NCBI RefSeq assembly: GCF_009914755.1
Contig: NC_060927.1
DNA from: the human T2T-CHM13v2.0 reference genome, Homo sapiens
Direction: 5' to 3' (one strand)
Length of the DNA: 64,000 nt
How positions within the stretch are numbered: position 1 is the stretch's first letter; each line of letters opens with the position of its first letter. The notes under the pieces were generated by a model. The model was not told where the DNA came from, did not search any database, and worked only from the letters and a program-made list of their open reading frames with translations. The position numbers and the translations under genes are program-made. Shown here one piece after another: positions 26,901 to 39,850 of the stretch.

Positions 26901-27951
26901 TGTAAAATATACATAATATAATAACATCATGAAGTCACTAAATGTATATGTATATATGACTTATCGGAAGGCTCTATAGATTCAGCTTTTTGTTCCACTA
27001 GCCCCACAGAAAATATTCTTTCAGGATAACCTCGTACTAGATATAACTAAATTGTAGTCAAGAAATTCCTTATATTGAAAGAAATTCTGAAAAGTTAAGT
27101 TGTGTGTATGTATGCCTGTTGAGGAATGGGAAGGAAGTAGAAAGAAGTTACTTTGTTCTGCCTCATAATACTCATAAACAATTTGTGTTCCTTTCTGGTA
27201 CCAACATCATTTTACAGCCCTATGATAAAAATATTGGTAATTGAGGATGCTGAATTTATAGCAATTGCTTAGTTGAAGTAGTTCTTTCGTGTTTTGTGGT
27301 GTTTCTCTGAGACCAGTCAAAAGAGTATAGTACCCTCAGATACACAGAGGGTTGCCTGAAAATGATTCATCTCCCTAATATCTACTTAAATAAAATTCAT
27401 TATCAAATTTTGAAAATGATTCTAATGCAAGAGTATTAGTTTCAGCAAGGCTGCTTCAACCCTATTTCAAGCTTCTGTGGACTTAAAACTATAAGAGATT
27501 CCTTATCAGAGTTCTTTCTAATTCAGATGAGCTCTCTGGCAGGTTATTGCCAAATATTACTCCAGTTCACTCACTGTACCTCTTCTTTTATCTTCATATA
27601 ACTTTGAAGTTCCTTTTGGAAATAAAAGTTTATCTTCCCATGAAACTCAGAAAATTTTTTATAGATGTGAAACAAAGAGCTGGAGATTTTAGCCATTTAT
27701 GTTAGAATCTCTAAACTTTCTATTCATAAAGCTACCCTTAAATTTTTAAAAGGAATAAGGATGTACCTTGAATACAGTAAATGATAAATGGTTATTGAAT
27801 ACATGAAGGAACAAATGATTCAATAAAAAAATACAAAACTTAAACAGTAGATTGTCAGCATTTTTCTCTTTTGGTCTGCTAAGCTCCTTGTCTGAGGAGG
27901 CCATTCATACCATTTATTTCAAATGTACTGACGTTTGATATATGTTACAGA

Positions 27952-28245
27952 GCAGTGTTTCCCAACTAAGATTTTCCAAAGGTGGTAATAGGTATGTGAA
28001 ACAGGTATGTAAGATGATAATAAGTATGTGAAAAAAGTTGTCTAGCTAAATAATATTTGGGAAATTGTGCAGAATATATTCCTCCACCCCTCTTTAACAT
28101 CAAAGAGCATGATAATTTCTATGATAGAGAAGCCTGCTTAATTTCCTTTAACACACCACTTCTCAAAAATATTTTACCATAGAACCCTGTGAATATCTCC
28201 TAGTATACAGTCATTCATGCAATATTGTTTTGAAAAGATTGCTAC
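27952..28245. mobile_element. hAT-Charlie non-autonomous remnant (Charlie4z-like)
   Basis: Starts CAGTGTTTCCCAA; internal TTTACCATAGAACCCT. Confidence 0.5.
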
Positions 28246-28630
28246 GTGGGATTTCTTCCAATTTTCACCACTGAGTTTCCTAAATACCACATCTTAAGCC
28301 AATTATTTGAAGAATGTTTTAAGAAAAGTCTTTTTAAAAAATTCTGACAGCATAAGCACCTTCTTGTATCTGGAACATCAATAGGAACTGTCAAATGATC
28401 TCATTAAAACAGCAAAAAATGACATGCATGAGAAGTAGTAAAATATTAAGTGATGAGGTTGGGGATAATAATTATACTCACTAGGCTATAGTCATTCCTT
28501 GATTTCTTGACTGATTGATTGACTGACTTAATGCATTTATCCACAATTACCTATGTGGCAGACACTGTGGTGGGTGATTTTTTATATTTAAATTACGAAC
28601 ATTGCCAACACACCAGCCATTGCTTGAGAT

Positions 28631-28852
28631 CATGGGATGGCTAACTATGGCCTACAGAGCAAATGTGGGCAATTATTTATTGTAAATAAAGTTTTATTGG
28701 AACACAGCCATAGTGGTTTATTTACATGTTGCTCATGATTGCTTTTGCACCAAAATGGCAGGTGTTGAGTAGTAACAACAGAAACCATCTGATCTGCAAA
28801 GCCCAAAATATTTACTATCCAGACTTTCAGAGAAAAAGTTCACCGACACTTG
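28631..28852 (+). mobile_element. MER58A
   Basis: TTGTAAATAAAGTTTTATTGGAACACAGCCA...GCAAAGCCCAAAATATTTACTATC...AGAAAAAGTT. Confidence 0.9.
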
Positions 28853-29024
28853 TCTTAGATAATCTGCATGTTAAGTCAACCGATCCTTGCAATAAGACTT
28901 TAAAGAATGTACTGCTCTCCTTGTTTCAGACATTAAGAAGTTAAATTTCAGCATATGGTGAGTGATTTGTCTTGTTTTACTTAGGCAGCAGATAATATAT
29001 CTGGGATTTAAATCCACCTGATTG

Positions 29025-29128
29025 AGCCAGGCATGGTGGTGAACTCCTGTAGTCTTAGACACTCAGCAGGAGAAGATTTCCAACCTGGGCAACATAGCAA
29101 AACTGGCTAAAAAAAATAAAATAAAACA
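29025..29128 (+). mobile_element. Alu monomer (FLAM/FRAM-like) with internal deletion
   Basis: GCCAGGCATGGTGGT...CCTGGGCAACATAGCAA plus A-tail; flanking repeat AAATCCACCTG at 29010-29020 and 29129-29139. Confidence 0.8.
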
Positions 29129-30357
29129 AAATCCACCTGGTCAACAATGAATTCCATTAGCTTTCTTCTATACTTTAGGTATCATAATGGTACTCAGCAC
29201 ATTAATTTTGGGGGAGGGGAGGAATTAACATATTTCTGAAATATCTTTTATTTATCTGAGTAACCAAAGTAAATTCTATTTTATAAATTAGTGTTCTATT
29301 TGCATGGATCTCATTAGCATATTTCAAAACAGTGCACTTGTGTTCACTTTTGAGTATCTGCCTCTCCATCACAGGCATTACTGTGGCTAAATAGCTCCTC
29401 TGTTTCAATGCCTAATAGTTCTCCCTCCCTGGACTATTCCTCATGCAGACCACATTTTGTGAAACATTGCTCTGTTATACGAAGAGAAAACATTCCTATT
29501 TTTGACATATGATTCAGTTTTTTTATTCTCATTAAAAATCTGAAAAACTACTTCTCTTTGATGGCCTTTAATTTAACTTAGCATTTGATTTATTTGTTTG
29601 ATTAAATATCTTGATCTTTAGAGTACTGTTTTGGTTGATTAATCTAAAAAGGGGTATTTTACTATTTAATCTTTATAGACAAGGTTCATTTTCTTTTGAT
29701 TTTGTTTTTATTTTTCATATTGAAGGTAGAAAAAGAAAAGCTTTTGTTTCGATCCATTGGGCGTATGTTTTGGTCTCTGGAGAACACAACAGATTTAGCC
29801 ATTTCTAAAATGAAACAAAGAGGAAAGTCAGTACCAAGAGGTTCAGAGAAACTTCTCAATTCTAATCAAATCACTTTAACAAAATCTACGAAACATCTAA
29901 GAGCTGTGGTGCTGTGTATGGAACACAAGACAGTGCCTGACTAAAGGAAGCAATACTTTCTCATGGGGCAGACCTGATATACACACTGGAGAAGAAAATA
30001 GAGGTGGTAGAAGATGCTTCTTCATAAACGTTATGGGATATCACCTATTTATCCTTCAGTCTGAAGATTTCTCATTGTTTTTTATTTAAATGCAGTAGTA
30101 ACAGCAAAGAGAAACTAACACAAAGATCAATCACCACATTGGTGCCAAACAGAAATGTCCCTGACTCTGACCTCAATACAATCTAATGGCCTGCCCACTT
30201 CGGTCAGTAGTTTCTGTTTATTCCTTTTAAGTCAATATTTATTTAACTAGCTATATTATGTCACAATTATTAATAATTAGTAGACCTTGATTAGTTTAGA
30301 ACAAACTATTTGAAGAAATAGAAAAATATGAACTTACACCTTGAGGAAACACTCAGT

Positions 30358-30500
30358 ATCAATCATTCACTCATTCAACACATAATTATTCCATGCCTAT
30401 TACGTGTCAGGCACTGTGCTTGACTCCGTGGAACACATCAATGTGACCCTATCTCTACTTGCTGGAAAATGTGCCGCCTAGTGAGAGAGATAAAAGTATT
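30358..30500 (-). mobile_element. L2 3' end
   Basis: ATCATTCACTCATTCAACA...GTGTCAGGCACTGTGCT. Confidence 0.75.
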
Positions 30501-32264
30501 ACAAAGACGTAACAAGGTGAAAAATAAACTGTTAACGGCTGACATATAATAGCTCCTTTTGGGAAGAGAACTATTTTTAAAAACGTGCCTTGATAGGCCA
30601 CTTTGTATAGAGCATGAGCCCTAAATCATAGGTGTTTTAGAGACCTGAGTAACTAAGCTTAATGTTAAATTGCATTTAGAAGTGAAAGAACCAAAGAAGT
30701 GGCTCATTCAGAAGACAGTAGAAATGTGGTTGCTACATATAGAGGAAATTCATCAGGAACTTTTAGCTGTGGGACAGCCAAAACAATAAGCATAGGAATG
30801 CCTAATATAGAATCTTAAGTTGAGTCTGTGTCTTGGGGAAATTAGAACCCTCCTTATGACCTGCCACATCTTCAGTGGGTTCTTGTTGTTACTGTTCAGT
30901 TCACCTTTTGTTATTGTTTTGATTGATTGATCAATTGGTTGATTTCTGTGGAAAATGAGACAGGGCCAAGTTTCTCATTTATATTAAATGTTGTTTAGAA
31001 AAAAGACAGCTTTCATGACTCCAGAGGCAGAAATGACCAAAAAATGTAAGCTTCCTGGAAATACATAAAAATGTGGGGGAATTTGGGAAGGACTTTAGTT
31101 TTGTACAGGGCTATAGGACATGGAAAGTTCAAGTAAAAAGAGCTTATTTAGTTGTGTTCTGAGTAATGCGAAACCGAAAATGCAACTTGGAAAGTAGTGT
31201 CCCCCCATATATATACACACACACATACACACACATATACATGTCACATACAAACTTATAAATATTAACAATTTGCTAGATAACATTATGTACATTATGA
31301 AAAAACAATAGATTCTGTTCTCCTGGAGTAGAATTCTGGAAGGTTTACCAAAAGAGTAGACAGAGATATAAAGGTCATTTCATGAAGGACAATGAATACC
31401 ATTATGGAAATAAAGTATGCACATGAAAGAGTAACTCAGTCCTGTTGGACCAAGAGATGCTTAAATGTAAGTCAGAAAATAAGACTAGAAAGAAATGGTT
31501 GTGACTTAATAAAGAAGCAGCCTGGATTCTAGCCTATGGAGTTTGGACTTTAGACAGTGAGAAGAAAGTGCAGAGTTTCTAACAGGAAGTGATACGATAA
31601 AAAAAGTTGATAAAAAACTATCTAATGGTAATAGTTTATGACAGTTAGAGGATGGAGGAGGAAAAAAACAGTAGACGGATGAGAAAGAATGGTGATCAAT
31701 ATGACAGCAGTTGTATTTGGAATGAAGATCATAATGGGTACAAGAGACACAATGGAGAAAACAGTGGACTCTGTTAATTTGGGCGGATATACATCTGAAT
31801 ACTCTGCTTTAATTTTGATAATACCTATTGTATGAATCTTGTTATGAACTAAGATTTCACCTCACATTATGGAATTTCATCCTTGTTTTTTGTCCCTGGT
31901 TCTGATAAAGACTTGTGACCTAGATTCAACTAATATAATATTTTATCTGAGGACTTCCAATAGTTGACCCTATAACCCAAAAACAGATAATGAGAAAATA
32001 ACTGTAATAGCGACAACAGCATCTAGCACCAGTGTTTTAACGATATTTCCTGAAAGAATTGAATGCACTTAATGTTTTCACATTCTCATTGCTCGTCTCC
32101 TCAATTCTCTTCAAACGCATTCTCATCATTAGCCCTTGACTGAAAGAGTGCTTGCCAAAGACAACATCCATTTGATAAGTTTGAGTCACTTTCTTCCTAA
32201 GTTTCCACATTTCCTCCTATACCACGGGAGTCTCAATTATTTAACAAGTTCCCCTTATAACAAA

Positions 32265-32775
32265 TCTCTAAATGTTAGAGTACTCCAAGATTAAGTCTTC
32301 AGCCCTCTTCTCTTCTAAATTTGGGCCCACATCTTGAATGAACTAATTCCATTTTATGGCTTTAAATACCACATAATATACTTAAAAACTCAAAATTATA
32401 TTTTTAGTCCTTTCCTTTCCTCTGACATTCCTATGTTTCTGCTTAATAGTCATTTCAAATTTAGTATATCCAAAATAGAATTATTGATTCTCAGTCTCCC
32501 TGATTCTCCTTCAAGTTTAGTATCTATCTGGACCAACAGTAGACTAGATAGAGCTTGCTAGATAGACTAGATATATATTAGTCTATCTATAACACACATT
32601 ATCCCATCTATGCATATTTAATCACCCTGTACTTGCTAGATAGGTACTAGTCTGTCTAGCAAGTTCTAAGAAGCAGGAACATGTTTTAGCTTCCCCTCCA
32701 CTGTTACCTGCTGCCTAGAATGCTTACTAGCATGGAGAAGGTACAAAATAAACATTTGATAGATACATGAATATT
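32265..32775 (+). mobile_element. L2 fragments
   Basis: TCAGCCCTCTTCTCTTCT, ATGGCTTTAAATACCA, ATATCCAAAATAGAA and a 3' terminus near 32770. Confidence 0.7.
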
Positions 32776-33106
32776 TACATGAGGATATCTAACAGGCAAT
32801 AAGAAATACCCCCTACATTTCATTAGTGAAGATATTGAGGATGATCAAAATGAAGTGTATTTTCCTAGGTCACAGTTCCATCAGTAGCAGACTTGACTGA
32901 CCTACTGATCAACCACATCAAGCAGTTTCATCGCCACTTGTCCCCATACTTCAAGTCTTCAAAAGTGCTTTGAGAGTTACTGGGTCTGTTACAAATTTCA
33001 CCTGCTTCTGTACTGAATATCATATTCCTCACCTGCTTCTGAGTTTGTCCAACATGCAGGAGGGAAACACATTTGAGATTCAGGAAGAACAAAAGTCTTC
33101 CCAACA

Positions 33107-33580
33107 GTGGTGGATGTCTATGGTGGTGTTTCTGACTGACTAGTAGCCAAATTCTCATTCTTTTTCAGGTTATGCCTCGATGCACACATTTTGGTCAAGA
33201 CAGGACCCTTTCTCTTACTACAAAAGCCAGTGTGTGTAAGCATTCCCTCCTCTTTCTTCCTGGTAGCCAGATTATTCCATCAACCAGAGACCCCTGATCA
33301 GGACCTTGAATCTGACAGTAGGAACACAGAGACATGGGGCTCTCAAAGAGTAAGAATTCATGGTGCTGGTGGTGAAGCTGATATAGTGAAGGAGCTGCTA
33401 TACATACTGTCCCATGGTCAGTTATCAGTGGTAGCATTCTAAGATGACATCTCCTGGCAGGACCTTAGGTGTTAACACAGCTTCCATTCCTTATGAGCTG
33501 GGGCTACTTGTCTGCTGATTCTACTTAAATTAGCCAGAGTTGTTTTATTTTGTTTGCGACTTAAAACACTGACCGGTTCA
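33107..33580 (+). mobile_element. Ancient ERVL/MaLR-type LTR (LTR33/MLT1K-like)
   Basis: End ...CTTAAATTAGCCAGAGTTG...TGTTTGCGACTTAAAACACTGAC resembles these LTR termini. Confidence 0.5.
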
Positions 33581-36500
33581 TCAATGGCTTTTACACCATT
33601 TTTTTAGTAACTGAATAGCACTAATGTCAGACCACTTCCAACATTTAAAGCTATCTTGTTTATGTCATATTACCTCAGAAACAAGTCTGATGATTGGTTT
33701 CTTAATCCAATAACAAGGTTCAAATTGAAGGACTAACAGCTCAAAAATAAGTCATCTATGGATCTCATCTTGTTTTTGGATTAAAACTGCATTCTATGTA
33801 CTAAGGCATATACGGGTAAAAATTTCAGACACCACTTGAAGAAGAGTTATTTTGTAACAGAAGAACTTGTGCCACCAGCCTTTCTTTAAAACACTGTATG
33901 CCACTATTTCTTTAGTAAAAACTTATTTAGTGGTTTAAGTTTCAGCTTGTTCAAATGCTTTCTGAGCACCACTCTCTTGCTTACACTCTATCACCAACAG
34001 TGTCTCTCACCATCTCCCACATAAATCTTCTCTCTCACAATAAGAGAGGAGGAGTGGGTAATATGATCTAACAGAATTTGGGACATTGGCCAACTTCATT
34101 CAAAGCGTGGCAGGTGGTATGATGGGGCCTTATGAGGGAGAAAGTCCTGGCTTAAATTTTGTCCTAAGTCAGGTATGCAGGCAGCTTTATCAGAAAGCTC
34201 TGCATTAGTTAGGTATTAGGATCCATAGGCAATTCTGTCTTGCCAACTTCATGAGAGAGAAACAATTGAGACAAGGCAGTACTTGTAAATTTCTCAGCCT
34301 ATTCCCATAGGCTTCCTTAACAATTCATCCTGATTCCTATAATATCTTATACTAGTAATGCTTAGAGTTTCTCTTAAGAAAAAAAAAGAGTATATAGACA
34401 CAAAACACATATTTGTGTTCATAAACACACATGGTTTTACATAGAATGTTATGAAATTCACACATTAACCCCTAGGTACATCTATTACAAGGCACCATCA
34501 TCCTGCTTATACAGTCATTTATTACAACACTTGGAGCACTGTGCTGTCCTTGGTAGCTTTCATGATTCCTACTATTAGTCTTTGAGCTCCATAAGGATAG
34601 GAGTCCCTTATTATCTTATTTATCTTTTTATTCATATCACCTTGAATAGTCTCTGGCATACATTGGACACAAGAAAGGTATATTCAAGGAAAGAGTGATT
34701 CAATCTTTCAAATTGTTACCAACAGATGAGACTAGCCAGGTGCCTCATTATCCCACCTTTGCATATTTAATCACCCTATACTTCAAGGATCTTACCTGTG
34801 AAGAGGATGTACAAACTCCTCTTATTTACTAGAGAATTATGAGCACTGACTCTAGTAAGAACTACTAAAAGGCACTTTGCAAATGTCAAGAGGAACAACT
34901 GTGTTGATGAAATATAATGATTTATATAATTTGGGTAAATACTATTCATTTGTCTCCCTGGGCGTTTCAAGGAAGAGAAAATTAGGCATGGAGGCATTTC
35001 AGAATAATCCCATTCCTCCAACGAAGCAAGAAGAACATTGTCAGTGAGAATAAGCACCATAACCAATCTCTTTTTTATGAGCATTTCCTTCTGCTTGTTC
35101 TCCAGATATTGGGAAATCCACTTAATCTGCTATGTAAAGGCTGAGACAAATGAGGCAGACAGGAGTAATGCCCTCAGTTCACTGGGACATGAGAATAACT
35201 CTGAACAAAGAAAGTTACCCTCTGACTCCTTTACTAAGCTTATGAAGATAATGTATTTAATAAAATCAGATCTCATATTTCACACCTGTTTGAGATACCT
35301 TCAAAGCCAGAGAGTGCTTCCTCATTGTACAAGATTTCACAGTTGGTCCAGTGCAGTACACCATGAAGAATGAGGTTAATGCCAGCCCTTGAGGTGAGAC
35401 AATGAATTCCCAGAGTGACTAGGCTGAAGAAACATGAGACTAGAATCTTTTGATCCAAGAACAAAACAAGTGAACAAGTGACTTCTTTGCCTCCCTTCTT
35501 TCTAGTCAAATGAGACTTTCCTGGCATTTCTGCAGCATCCATAGGTTGCCAATTTTCTAATCTCAGTAAGGTGCAACCAGGAATTGGGAAGGGCTCCCAG
35601 AATGCACCTGCCCTGTGTGCCTATACAACACACCTGGGAGCACTAATTTTAGGTTCTCATCAGCTGTGACAGCAAAGCTGTAGCATCAGTTAATTCATAA
35701 TCAGCAAAGGGTAAGTGTGCTTACATATTTTATGTTAGGAAGTCAAGAGGATTCTTGTATAGCTTTTCACTTAACTGTCATCATCAGCCGGGGGATGCTT
35801 TCAGGGGGAAGTAGTGTTAGCTATACAATTGTTCCAGGAGGAGACTGAATAACTTCACAGGTCCCAGAAGAAATAAAGTACCATCCTGGTGTATATCTAG
35901 GGACTTCTGTTACAGACATGGAAAAGTTCCATGATATTTCCTTTTGTAAAATAATAAAATCCAGATATATCTGAAAGAATAAGTGTAAATATATTTAAAT
36001 TATGTAACATAAAGAACAAAAGGAAATGTATTGGACACCTTCTTGTTCTCACCTTTATAAACTTAGGCAAATTAATTGGTCCCTCTAAGCTTTAATGTCT
36101 CATCTTTTAAAACAAAGATGGAAAATACTTTACAGGGTTATTTAGCCTAACACATAGCAGGCATACAAAAACATGTTCACTTCTCTACCAACAAGTCTAA
36201 TAAGGTGTTCATTTAATCTAAAACCCACTGCCTTCAGTTCACAACTCATGACTTGAATTCAATAGTGTGTTTGACTTTTATAAATTCACACACAATTCAC
36301 ATAATTTACATTTCAACAACTGGATCTGAGATGCAGTGAAGGTATTCAATACTGAACACTGCAATCAAGGCATGGCACCTTACTTAAGCTAACACATGAT
36401 TACCCTTCACTGCAGACCTATAATTCATCAATGTGTTCCTTACAGAAGCAGAAAGGCTTAAACTAAAGAAATTGAGGGCATCAGGACTCAGAAAATGCTC

Positions 36501-37249
36501 CTTAGATTCTTCCCTAGATGCTCTCAGAAACACATTGCCTGACTATCTTTTCTAACTCAATAATAATAAATGGATTTGGGGATTCATGGAACCACTTCAT
36601 GCCTACCCAGATTTGCTGTCTGTTTAAGGCACCACATGAGTGAGTTTTTCCTACCAGTCAGATGAGTCACTGCTTCATCAGAGTTTTTGAATATGTCAGA
36701 ACTTATGCTCTAAAGTTGGACAACGAGAAACATAACATGTGGGCACCAATACATTCTTCACTCTCTCTACTAAAATGGTAACCAAAAAAATGACCTTCAG
36801 TGGCATAAAGAGCGAGGCTAATAAGATAATTAGTTAAGAAACTCTTTAGATAGTCCAGGGAAATTAAAGAAGAGCCACATTTCTAGAGTAATTTATGGTA
36901 GTTCAGATGAGAAATCTTGTTGATCCTTTCCAAGTTACAATTATTGTGTCTTCATCTTTAAGCTTTTACTTAGAGCCAGACAGTCAGAAGCTGGGAAGTG
37001 ATGAATTTTAATTCACACTTTAGACAAGGAGAAATGATATACGGAGAAAAAGTTACCATGAAAGCAATATTGAGTAAGGTACCAGGCTACAGTTTCTTCC
37101 TCTGGGTTTTCAGTTTTTTTTTGTTTGTTTGTTTTCTTGATATCTTGCCTGTGTATGTATGTGTATGTGTGTGCTTAACTGTTTTGTACTTACTTCCCAG
37201 TAAAAAAAATGTAGTTGACCCTGTTCATCAGTGAACTCACTCATAATTC

Positions 37250-37700
37250 TCAAGTTCCTTCCATGCCACTTCCTCTACAAAGGCTGGGAAAGCTAAACAA
37301 TTATTTTGTATCACCTACTGCAGGTAGCAGTGATCATGAGATACAGAATCCACCAACGATACGGTCAGTGAGATGCAAAGCAAAGTTTGCTGAGGGCCTC
37401 CAGGAAGGCTTTTAGGTTTTCCTAGATTAACGGGTAGCATAACCCCTTTTCCTTCTCCCTATGCCTTGCTGCCTTTAATATGAACATCATGCCTGAAGCT
37501 AAGGCAGCTATCTTGCAACTGTGCAGCAGCAATCACTAACAAAAAGAATTGTAGAAATACTTATTGACTTTGACATAATTAAGCAGCTGACCAATGACAG
37601 AAGATGTCAACCACTAATCTTATTAAGCAAGAAAAATATCTATTTAAGATTTTAAACATATTTTATACTAATTATTGCAAATACATTATTATTCATACAT
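37250..37700 (+). mobile_element. MLT1I/J-like LTR
   Basis: CATGCCTGAAGCTAAGGCAGCTATCTTGCAAC and AGCAGCTGACCAATG. Confidence 0.6.
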
Positions 37701-39459
37701 GGTAGTTTTGAGTGACTTTTCTATTATTTTCTGTGTATACTCTAATACATTTTAACTAAAATAGATAGCTCTTGTAACCTGGGCTAGTCAGAGCTACACA
37801 AGATTATTTACTATGTTTTGCTGGGCCATATTATGAAAGCTATAATAATTTTTAATGAGGAAAGAGTTCCACAGATCATACCATTAGTAACTAGGGATGA
37901 TCTGTTAAATCTAGCTATCAGTTGACAGAATATGGGAGGAAATAAGAATGAAATTCCAAGACAATCAGAAAACAGCATAAGAAAAAGAGAGAGAGACCAA
38001 CAGAAAAAAAAAAAAAAAAAACTAGGATTAAAAAGCCAAAATAAAAAGCTAATGAGAAACATGAATGGAAAGATGGATCCTGAAATTAAACTTCTAAACT
38101 GCAACCTGGACATATTATTAAAAAGGCTGGTTGAGGCAAATGCCATGGATTCCATTTCCATGCTACTTCTTTCCTTTCACTTTTGATTTCTGACAAGCAG
38201 CTTCAATCTTGTGTCCCCACTCTTTACTTCCCCTCAAGTTTCCTCTTTCTGCCTTGTCTTTCTCACAACTCCAGATTGCTTGGATTGACTGATAATTTCT
38301 CACCATGCCTACAGGAAGCAGAAATGGTATAGTAAAGATGACAAGAAAAATGTCAACTGCAACATTAAAATGAAGGCTATGTCTTCTCCACCGAGGGGAT
38401 AAAATAAGGAGCATAGGATTGAGCACAGTTCAAATTCTGCTATTGAAGAGGGAACATGTAGAACTCGTCACTTGGCATAAGCTGTGAGGAAACAGGGTCT
38501 TAATTATAGGTTGTGAGGAGTAGATAGCTATTACATTCTTAACCTTGGAAGAAAAGTAGAACAGAACAGAGGACTAATTACCCAAATAAAACAAACATAT
38601 ACTCAAATCTATGGCATTGTGCATCGCTCAACTAAAATTGCTAAAAGGAATGGTAGAATACTCAACCTCTGTATCAAAATTAATTATAATGATTGTGTTT
38701 AAGTACTCAATATAAAAATGTTTGCAGCTTGTCTAATTCACAGACTCTCCTTCATTTAAAATCTGGTGATAAAAATGATACAGAGTAAATGATAAAAACT
38801 AAAAGCCCTGGATAATTTTTTAATAAAGTTTTATTTTAAGGGAAAAAGACATAGAAAAAGATGTTATTATATGTTTGAGAGTATTATAGGCAAACAGAAA
38901 ATAAAAAGTATACAGAAAAAAGAAAAAAGCAATTAGATAACAAAAGACAGAGATTTTTTTTGTGTATTTTAAGAGTGTTATGTATTATCTTTCTAGTCTC
39001 ATCCCCCTCTGTTTTTATTTAAAGCTCAAAAACAAGTGAGGGAAACATAAAGTGAATTCCTATAACTCATATGGACTTATTCCACAAGTTAACCTTGACA
39101 TCATAAGAACAATATTTAGAAACCTAATATATCACTTTTTCAGTGGCAGAACAGGAAAACAAGGCACAGCTTACTAAGTCCCTGTTCTTTGATGTGTGAA
39201 GCACAAGTTGTACAGTCTGAAACTGTCAGATCATCATATGCTGTCTCCACATCCCATAGGGACTAGGAAAGTAGCATGAAAAAAAAAACCTTAGTAGAAA
39301 TTGTGAAGAAGAGGAAACGAGAAGAATTAATTTACAGAAGTTTTATATCACATATTGTACAGAAAGGAGAAATATTCAGTAAGCTTTTAAAGAAAATATA
39401 TTAATCTTAACACAAGATTAAGAGAGAGAGAATAATAAAAGTATGTCTCTGCTATAGTT

Positions 39460-39850
39460 AATAGGTAGGATGGAACATAGAAATGAACAAGGTTTAAAAG
39501 CCAGGTTAACAGGGCTATAGTTCTGGCTAGGCTAATACTTGTTACCTAGGCTAGAGATTATTAACATGAGTTTCTATACAAACAATGTTTATTTTTTTCT
39601 ATATACATTTTCTAGGTGAGAGGGGCTATAGTTAGAATCAAATTCCTAAAAGAGTCTATGATCCAGAAAACATTAATAACTATTCTCTAATGCAAATCCA
39701 TTACTCCATCTGTGTCTTACTTTCCTCGTCTTTATAATGGGAACACCAACATCTATCCAACTGTAATTGTTGTGAGGATTTAGAAAGCATACTAAGGAGA
39801 AAAACCTTTGGAAAGTTGATATGTTATTTAAATATAAGTTAGTCTTATTC
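39460..39850 (+). mobile_element. MIR interrupted by a short hAT-Charlie MITE (about 39552-39688)
   Basis: MIR core resumes at TCTGTGTCTTACTTTCCTCGTCTTTATAATGGG; insert has ATCAAATTCCTAAAAGAGTCTATGATCCAGAAAA. Confidence 0.55.

Noticed and set aside
37811-38186. Overlapping 116-aa and 84-aa ORFs with poly-F/poly-K
   Set aside because: Produced by A-rich low-complexity sequence, probably an old LTR remnant; no domain recognisable.
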